Shown: in pieces, positions 55,201-64,000 of the stretch
Position numbering within the stretch: the stretch's first letter is position 1
How the letters are laid out: every line of letters starts with the position of its first letter
NCBI RefSeq assembly: GCF_009914755.1
Contig: NC_060933.1
Direction: 5' to 3' (one strand)
DNA from: the human T2T-CHM13v2.0 reference genome, Homo sapiens
DNA length: 64,000 nucleotides
Made by a program: the position numbers and the translations under genes
The notes under the pieces: generated by a model
The model's input: only the letters and a program-made list of their open reading frames with translations
The model's database searches: none
Told to the model about the DNA's origin: nothing

Positions 55201-57460
55201 AATGGAATGGAATGGAATGGAATGGAATCAAATCGATTGCAATCGAATGGAATGGAATGGAATTAACCCGAATAGAATTGAATGGAATGGAATGGAACGG
55301 AACGGAATGGAATGGAATGGAATGGAATGGAATGGAACGGAACGGAATGGAATGGAATGGAATGGAATGGAATGGAATGGAATCAACGCGAGTGCAGGGG
55401 AATGGAATGGAATGGAATGCAATGGAATGGAATCTTCCGGAATGGAATGGAATGGAATGGAATGGAATGAAATGCAATGGAATCAACTCGATTGGAATGG
55501 AATGGAATGGAATGGAATGGAATGGAATGGAATGGAATGGAATGGAATTAACCCGAATAGAATGGAAAGGAATGGAATGGAACGGAATGGAACGGAACGG
55601 AATGGAATGGAATGGAATGGAATGGAATGGAATGGAATGGAATCAACCCGACTGCAGGGGAATGGAATGGAATGGAATGCAATGGAATGGATTCAACTTG
55701 AATGGAATGGAAAGAATGAAATCAACACGAGCGGAATGGCATGGAGTGGAATGGAATGGAATGGAATGGAATGGAATCGTTCCGAGTGGAATAGGAGGGA
55801 ATGTATTCGAGTGGAATGGAAAGGAATGGAATCAACCAGAGTGGAATGGAAGGGAATGGAATGGAATGGAAACTAATAGAATGGAATCAACCCGAGTGGA
55901 ATGGAATGGAAATGACTGGAATGGAATGGAATGGAATGGAATGGAATGGAATCAACTCGATTGTAATGGAATGGAATGGAATGGAATGGAATTAACCCGA
56001 ATACAATGGAATGGAATGGAATGGAACGGAATGGAGTGGAAAGGAATGGAATCAACCCGAGTGCAGGGGAATGGAATGGAATGGAATGCAATGGAATGAA
56101 ATCATCCGGAATGGAATGGAATGGAATGGAATGCAAAGCAATGGAATCAACTCGATTGCAATAGAATGGAATGGAATGGAAAGGAATACATTGGAATCAA
56201 CCCGAGTGGAATGGAGTGGAAAGGACTGGAATGGAGTGGAATGGAATGGAATGGAATGGAATGGAATCAACTCGATTGGAATGGAATGGAATGGAATGGA
56301 ATTAACCCGAATAGAATGGAATGGAATGGAACGGAACGGAACGGAAGGGAACGGAATGGAATGGAATGGAATGGAATGGAATGGAATGGAATGGAATGGA
56401 ATGGAATCAACTTGAATGGAATGGAAAGAATGGAATCAACACGAGTGGAATGGCATGGATTGGAATGGAATGGAATGGAATCAACCCGAGTACAGGGGAA
56501 TGAAATGGAATGGAATGCAATGGAATGGAATCATCCGTAATGGAATGGAAAGGAATGGAATGGAATGGAATGGAATGGAATGGAATGGAATGGAATCAAC
56601 TCGATTGCAATCGAATGGAATGGAATGGAATTAACCCGAATAGAATGGAATGGAATGGAATGGAACGGAACGGAACGGAACGGAACGGAACGGAACGGAA
56701 TGGAATGGAATGGAATGGAATGGAATGGAAAGGAAAGGAATGGAATGGAATGGAATGGAATGGAATGGAATGGAATGGAATCAACGCGAGTGCAGGGGAA
56801 TGGAATGGAATGGAATGCAATGGAATGGAATCTTCCGGAATGGAATGGAATGGAATGGAATGGAATGGAATGGAATGGAATGGAATAAACCCGAGTGCAA
56901 TGGAATGGAGTGGAATGGAATGGAATGGAATGGAACAACCCGAATGGAATGGAATGTAATGGAGAGTAAGGGAGTTGAATAGAGTCAATCCGAATGTAAT
57001 GGAATGGAATGGAACGGAATGGAATTGAAAGGAATGGAATGGAATGCAATGGAATGGAATCAACCCGAGTGCAATGGAATGGAGAGGAATGGAATGGAAT
57101 GGAATGGAAACTACCCGAATGGAATGGAATGTAATGGAGTGTAAGGGAATTGAATAGAATGAATCCGAAGGTAATGGAATGGAATGGAACGGAATGGAAT
57201 GGAATGGAATTGAATGGAATGGAATGGAATGGAATGCAATGGAATGGAATCAACCCGAGTGAAATCGAATGGAATCGAATGGAATGGAATACAATGGAAT
57301 GGATTCAACTTGAATGGAATGGAAAGAATGGAATCAACACGAGTGGAAGGGCATGGATTGGAATGCAATGGAATGGAATCAACCCGAGTACAGGGGAATG
57401 GAATGGAATGGAATGCAATGGAATGGAATCATCCATAATGGAATGGAAAGGAATGGAATG
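46255..57460 (+). repeat. Large duplication, copy B (carries ~1.2 kb absent from copy A)
   Basis: Shares with copy A the variants GAATAAAATCAATCC, GGCATGCAATGG, GTGGATTGTAAGGG, GCAGCGGAAT, TAACCCAAACAG, GAATGTTATGG, GAACACCCGAA and GAATGAATCCGAAGG. Confidence 0.9.
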
Positions 57461-58214
57461 GAATGGAATGGAATGGAATGGAACGGAACGGAATGGAATG
57501 GAATGGAATGGAATGGAATGGAATGGAACGGAAAGGAATGGAATGAAGTCAACTCGAGTGGAATGGAATGGAATGGAATGGATTGGAATGGATTGCAATG
57601 GAATGAAATGGAATGGAATGGAATGGAATCAATCATTCCGAGTGGAATGGAAGGGAATGTAATGGAGTGGAAAGAAGGGAATGGAATCAACCCGAGTGGA
57701 ATGCAAGGCAATGGAATGGAAAGGAATGGAATGGAATCAACTCGATTGCAATGGAATGGAATGGAATGGAATGGAATGGAATGGAATCGAATTAATCGGA
57801 ATGGAATGGAATGGAATGGAATGGAAGGGAATGGAATCAACACGAGTGCTGCGGAATGGAATGGAATGGAATGCAATGGAATGGAATCATCCGGAATGGA
57901 ATGGAATGGAATGGAATCAACTCCATTGCAATGGAATGGAATGGAATGGAATGGAATTGAATGGAATGGAATTAACCCGAATAGAATGGAATGCAATAGA
58001 ATGGAATACAACGGAACCGAATGGAGTAGAATGGAATGGAATGGAATCAACCCGAGTACAGGGGAATGGAATGGAATGGAATGGAATGGAACGGAACGGA
58101 ATGGAATGGAATGGAATGGAATGGAATCAACGCGAGTGGAGGGGAATGGAATGGAATGGAATGCAATGGAATGGAATCTTCCGGAATGGAATGGAATGGA
58201 ATGGAATGGAATGG

Positions 58215-61200
58215 AATGGAATCAACCCGAGTGCAATGGAATGGAGTGGAATGGAATGGAATGGAATGGAACAACCCGAATGGAATGGAATGTAATGGAG
58301 AGTAAGGGAGTTGAATAGAATCAATCCGAATGTAATGGAATGGAATGGAACGGAATGGAATTGAATGGAATGGAATGGAATGCAATGGAATGGAATCAAC
58401 GCGAGTGCAATGGAATGGAGAGGAATGGAATGGAATGGAATGGAAACTACCCGAATGGAATGGAATGTAATGGAATGGAATGCAAAGGAATGGAATCAAC
58501 CCGAGTGGAATGGCATGGAATGGAACGAAATGGAATGGAATGGAATGGAATCAACTCGAGTGGAAAGGAATGGAATGGAATGGAAAGGAATGGAATGAAA
58601 TCAACTCGAGTGGAATGGAATGGAATGGAATAGATTGGAATGGATTGCAACGGAATGAAATGGAATGGAATGGAATGGAATCAATCATTCCGAGTGGAAT
58701 GTAAGGGAATGTAATGGAGTGGAAAGAAGGGAATGGAATCAACCCGATTGGAATGCAAGGCAATGGAATGGAATGGAAAGGAATGGAATGGAATCAACTC
58801 GATTGCAAAGGAATGGAATGGAATGGAATGGAATGGAATGGAATTAAGCGGAATAGAATGGAATGCAATGGAATGGAAGGGAATGGAATGGAATGGAAGG
58901 TAATAGAATCAACACGAGTGCAGGGGAATGGAATGGAATGGAATGCAATGGAATGGAATCATCCGGAATGGAATGGAATGGAATGGAATCAACTCCATTG
59001 CAATGGAATGGAATGGAATAGAATGGAATGGAATTAACCCGAATAGAATGGAATGCAATAGAATGGAATGGAACGGAACCGAATGGAGTGGAATGGAATG
59101 GAATGGAATCAACCTGAGTGCAGGGGAATGGAATGGAATGGAATGCAATGGAATGGAATCATCCGGAATGGAATGGAATGGAATGGAATGGAATCAAACC
59201 GAGTGCAATGGAATGGAGTGAAATGGAATGGAATGGAATGGAAACAACCAGAATGGATTGGAATATAATGGAGTGTAAGGGAATTGAATAGAATCAATTT
59301 GAATGTAATGAAATGAAATCGAACGGAATGGAATGGAATGGAATTGAATCGAATGGAATGGAATGGAATGTAATCAACCCGAGTGCAATGGAATGGATTC
59401 GAATGGAATGGAATGGAGTGGATTGGATTCTACCCGAATGGAATGGAAAGGAATAGAATCAACCCGAGTGGAATGGCATGGAATGGAATGGAATCGAATG
59501 GAATGGAATGGAATGGAATGGTTCGGAATAGAATGGATTGAAACAAAATGGAATGGAATGGAATGGAATGGAATGGAATAGAATGGAATGGAATGGAATG
59601 GAATCAAGTCGATTGCAATGGAATAGAATGGAATGGAATGGAAGGGATTGGAATGGAATGGAATGGAATGGAATGGAATTAAATGGAATGGAATGGAATG
59701 GAATCAACCCGAGTGCAGGGGAAAGGAACGGAATGGAATGCAATGGAATGGAATGGAATGGAATGGAATGGAATGGAATCAACCCGAGTGGAATGGCATG
59801 GAATGGAATGCAATGGAATGGAATGGAATGGAATCAACTCGAGTGGAAAGGAAAGGAATGGAATGGAAAGGAATGGAAGGAAATCAACTCGAGTGGAATG
59901 GAACGGAATTGAATGGATTGGAATGGATTGCAATGGAATGAAATCGAATGCAATGGAATGGAATCAATCATTCCGAGTGGAATGGAAGGGAAAGTAATGG
60001 AGTGGAAAGAAGGGAATGGAATCAACCCGAGTGGAATGCAAGGCAATGGAATGGAATGGAAAGGAATGGAATGTAATCAACTCGATTGCAAAGGAATGGA
60101 ATGGAATGGAATGGAATGGAATGGAAAGGAATGGAATCAGCTCGATTGCAATCGAATGGAATGGAATGGAATGGAATTAACCCGAATAGAATGGAATGGA
60201 ATGGAATGGAACAGAACGGATTGGAATGGAACGGAATGGAATGGAACGGAACGGAATGGAATGGAATGGAATGGAATGGAATGGAATGGAATGGAATCAA
60301 CGCGAGTGCAGGGGAATGGAATGGAATGGAATGCAATGGAATGGAATCTTCCGGAATGGAATGGAATGGTATGGAATGGAATGAAATGCAATGGATTCAA
60401 CTCGATTGCAATGCAATGGAATAGAATGGAATGGAATGGAATGGAATGGAATTAATTCGAATAGAATGGAATGGAATGGAATGGAACGGAATGTAACGGA
60501 ATGGAATGGAATGGAATGGAATGGAATGGTATGGAATGGAATGGAATGGTACGGAATAGAATGGAATGGAACGAATTGTAATGGAATGGAATTGAATGGA
60601 ATGGAATGGAATGGAATGGAATCAACGCGAGTGCAGGGGAATGTAATGGAACGGAATGCAATGGAATGGAATCATCCGGAATGGAATGGAATGGAATGGA
60701 ATGGAATGGAATGGAATGGAATGGAATCAACCCGAGTGCAATGGAATGGAGTGGAATGGAATGGAATGGAATGGAACAACCTGAATGGAATTGAATGTAA
60801 TGGAGAGTAAGGGAGTTGAATAGAATCAATCCGAATGTAATGGAATGGAATGCAACGGAATGGAATGGAATGGAATGCAATGGAATTGAATCAACCCGAG
60901 TACAATGGAATGGAATGGAATGGAATGGAATGGAATGCAATGATACGGAATAGAATGGAATGGAACGAAATGGAATGGAATGGAATGGAATGGAATGGAA
61001 TGGAATGGAATGGAATGGAATCGTTCCGAGTGGAATAGGACGGAATGTATTCGAGTGGAATGGAAAGGAATGGAATCAACCAGAGTGGAATGGAAGGGAA
61101 TGGAATGGAATGGAAACCAATAGAATGGAATCAACCCGAGAGGAATGGAATGGAAAGGACTGGAATGGAATGGAATGGAATGGAATCAACTCGATTGTAA

Positions 61201-62110
61201 TGGAATGGAATGGAATGGAATGGAATGGAATGGAATGGAATGGAATTAACCCGAATACAATGGAATGGAATGGAACGGAATGGAGTGGAATGAAACGGAA
61301 TCATCCCGAGTGCAGGGGAATGGAATGGAATGGAATGCAATGGAATGGAATCATCCGGAATGGAATGGAATGGAATGGAATGCAAAGCAATGGAATCAAC
61401 TCGATTGCAATGGAATGGAATGGAATGGAAAGGAATACATTGGAATCAACCCGAGTGGAATAGAAAGGAAAGGACTGGAATGGAGTGGAATGGAATGGAA
61501 TGGAATGGAATCAACTCGATTGGAATGGAATGGAATGGAATGGAATTAACCCGAATACAATGGAATGGAATGGAATGGAACGGAACGGAATGGAATGGAA
61601 TGGAATGGAATGGAATGGAATGGAATGGAATGGAAACAACCCGACTGCCGGGGAATGGAATGGAATGGAATGCAATGGAATGGATTCAACTTGAATGCAA
61701 TGGAAAGAATGGAATCAACAGCAGTGGAATGGCATGGATTGGAATGGAATGGAATGGAATCAACCCGAGTACAGGGGAATGGAATGGAATGGAATGCAAT
61801 GGAATGGAATCATCCGTAATGGAATGGAAAGGAATGGAATGGAATGGAATGGAATGGAATGGAATGGAATGGAATCAACTCGATTGCAATCGAATGGAAT
61901 GGAATGGAATTAACCCGAATAGAATGGAATGGAATGGAATGGAACGGAACGGAACGGAATGGAATGGATTGCAACAGAATGGAATGGAATGGAACGGAAA
62001 GGAATGGAATGGAATGGAATGGAATGGAATGGAATGGAATGGAATCAACGCGAGTGCAGAGGAATGGAATGGAATGGAATGCAATGGAATGGAATCTTCC
62101 GGAATGGAAT
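58215..62110 (+). repeat. Copy C: third, more diverged copy of the ~3.9-kb block at ~25960-29850 and ~48815-52700
   Basis: Shares CAATTTGAAT, ATTAATTCGAAT, CCGAGAGGAAT, GAAACGGAATCATCCCGAG, CGACTGCCGGGG and CAACAGCAGTGG with A and B. Offset from B is ~9.4 kb. Confidence 0.88.
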
Positions 62111-64000
62111 GGAATGGAATGGAATGGAATCAACCCGAGTGCAATGGAATGGAGTGGAATGGAATGGAATGGAATGGAACAACCCGAATGGAATGGAATG
62201 TAATGGAGAGTAAGGGAGTTGAATAGAATCAATCCGAATGTAATGGAATGGAATGCAACGGAATGGAGTGGAATGGAATGGAATCAACCCGAGTGCAGGG
62301 GAATTGAATGGAATGGAATGCAATGGAATGGAATCATCCGGAATGGAATGGAATGGAATGGAATGCAAAGCAATGGAATCAACTCGATTGCAATGGAATG
62401 GAATGGAATGGAAAGGAATACATTGGAATCAACCCGAGTGGAATGGAATGGAAAGGACTGCAATGGAGTGGAATGGAATGGAATGGAATGCAAAGCAATG
62501 GAATCAACTCGATTGCAATGGAATGGAATGGAATGGAAAGGAATACATTGGAATCAACCCGAGTGGAATGGAATGGAAAGGACTGGAATGGAGTGGAATG
62601 GAATGGAATGGAATGGAATGGAATCAACTCGATTGGAATGGTATGGAATGGAATGGAATGGAATGGAATTAACCCGAATAGAATGGAATGGAGTGGAATG
62701 GAACGGAATGGAATGGAATGGAATGGAATGGAATGGAATGGAATGGAATGCAATGGAATGGAATCAACCCGAGTGCAATCGAATGGAATCGAATGGAATG
62801 GAATGCAATGGAATGGATTCAACTTGAATGGAATTGAAAGAATGGAATCAACACGAGTGGAAGGGCATGGATTGGAATGCAATGGAATGGAATCAACCCG
62901 AGTACAGGGGAATGGAATGGAATGGAATGCAATGGAATGGAATCATCCGTAATGGAATGGAAAGGAATGGAATGGAATAGAATGGAATGGAATGGAATAA
63001 ACACGATTGCAATAGAATGGAATGGAATGGAATTAACCCGAATAGAATGGAATGGAATGGAATGGAACGGAACGGAATGGAATGGAATGGAATGGAATGG
63101 AATGGAACGGAATGGAATGGAATGGAATGGAATGGAATCAACGCGAGTGAAGGGGAATGGAATGTAATGGAAGGCAATGGAACGGAATCTTCCGGAATGG
63201 AATGGAATGGAATGGAATGGAATCAACCCGAGTGCAATGGAATGGAGTGGAATGGAATGGAATGGAATGGAACAACCCGAATGGAATCGAATGTAATGGA
63301 GAGTAAGGGAGTTGAATAGAATCAATCCGAATGTAATGGAAAGGAATGGAACGGAATGGAATGGAATGGAATGGAATGCAATGGAATGGAATCAACCCGA
63401 GTGCAATGGAATGGAGAGGAGTGGAATGGAAAGGAATGGAATCAACCCGAGTGGAATGGCATGGAATGGAATGGAATGGAATGGAATGGAATGGAATGGT
63501 TCGGAATAGAATGGATTGGAACAAAATGGAATGGAATGGAATGGAATGGAATGGAATGGAATGGTTCGGAATAGAATGGATTGGAGCAAAATGGAATGGA
63601 ATGGAATGGGATGGAATGGAATGGAATGGAATGGAATGGAATCAAGTCGATTGCAATGGAATAGAATGGAATGGAATGGAACGGATTGGAATGGAATGGA
63701 ATGGAATGGAATGGAATTAAATGGAATGGAATGGAATGGAATCAACCCGAGTGCAGGGGAAAGGAATGGAATGGAATGCAATGGAATGGAATGGAATGGA
63801 ATCAACTCGAGTGGAAAGGAATGGAATGGAATGGAAAGGAATGGAATGAAGTCAACTCGAGTGGAATGGAATGGAATGGTATGGATTGGAATGGATTGCA
63901 ATGGAATGAAACGGAATGGAATGGAATGGAATCAATCATTCCGAGTGGAATGGAAGGGAATCTAATGGAGTGGAAAGAAGGGAATGGAGTCAACCCGAGT

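Larger units (their letters stand above)
1..64000 (+). repeat. Satellite III / HSat3 pericentromeric array, (GGAAT)n with CAAC(C/A/G)CGAGT-type interruptions; G-rich strand is +
   Basis: GGAAT pentamer runs are continuous from the first to the last base, interrupted by CAACCCGAGT and related words, which is the established Sat III signature. No CATTC-oriented block appears on +. Confidence 0.98.
1..64000 (+). ncRNA. Potential template for stress-induced SatIII (HSATIII) GGAAU-rich lncRNA; no transcript boundaries can be defined
   Basis: Family-level knowledge: HSF1-dependent Pol II transcription of Sat III gives mainly G-rich RNA. Sequence alone cannot show that this particular segment is transcribed. 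Confidence 0.35.

Noticed and set aside
24595-57460. Large duplication as an assembly artefact
   Set aside because: The copies differ by many substitutions, by run-length changes, by an ~80-bp indel (33410 versus 56250-56330) and by a ~1.2-kb indel. A haplotype-merge artefact can only be fully excluded with reads.
216-63335. CRISPR-like appearance: a conserved ~40-bp word separated by variable sequence
   Set aside because: The intervening sequences are long, irregular and made of the same satellite rather than unique spacers. There is no leader and there are no cas genes.
5-63993. Hundreds of ORFs up to ~350 aa (MEWNG repeats on +, HSIPF repeats on -)
   Set aside because: (GGAAT)n has no stop codon in any frame on either strand and supplies ATG every 5 bp. 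The ORFs overlap in all six frames and have no domain structure.
1-64000. Alternative identity as HSat2, alpha satellite or telomeric repeat
   Set aside because: There is no HSat2-type GAATCATC-GAATGGAATCGAATG 23/26-bp organisation, no 171-bp monomer and no TTAGGG. Long pure GGAAT runs with CAACCCGAGT indicate HSat3.
1-64000. Fixed 1.8-kb (D15Z1-like) or 3.5-kb (DYZ1-like) higher-order repeat
   Set aside because: Rare landmarks are irregularly spaced and no constant kb-scale period is visible by eye.
1-64000. Embedded Alu/L1/ERV insertion or strand inversion
   Set aside because: I saw no poly(A) tail, no non-pentamer-derived stretch and no CATTC-oriented block.

Overview
The whole 64 kb is one uninterrupted, single-orientation array of human-type Satellite III (HSat3). 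It consists of (GGAAT)n runs on the + strand, punctuated by diverged pentamer words such as CAACCCGAGT, CAACTCGATT, TTAACCCGAAT, TCTTCCGG and GAGAGTAAGGGAGTTGAATAGAATCAATCC. I see no genes, transposon insertions, inversions or unique sequence, and every ORF in the track (MEWNG/HSIPF repeats) is an artefact of the 5-bp period. A recurrent ~155-bp module matches my recollection of the pHuR98 chromosome 9q12 Sat III clone. If that is right, this is the heat-shock-transcribed, nuclear-stress-body satellite, with the G-rich (transcribed-sense) strand as +. The information lies in the internal structure: (i) a fixed-order grammar of variant words forming a ~0.85-kb loop with branches; (ii) nested duplications from 60 bp to ~22.85 kb that can be ordered in time by shared variants; (iii) roughly 48 perfect three-unit heat shock elements (GAAnnTTCnnGAA) plus a recurrent 14-bp palindrome. 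All counts and breakpoints were read by eye and are approximate. I found no evidence of a new protein-coding or CRISPR-like system.
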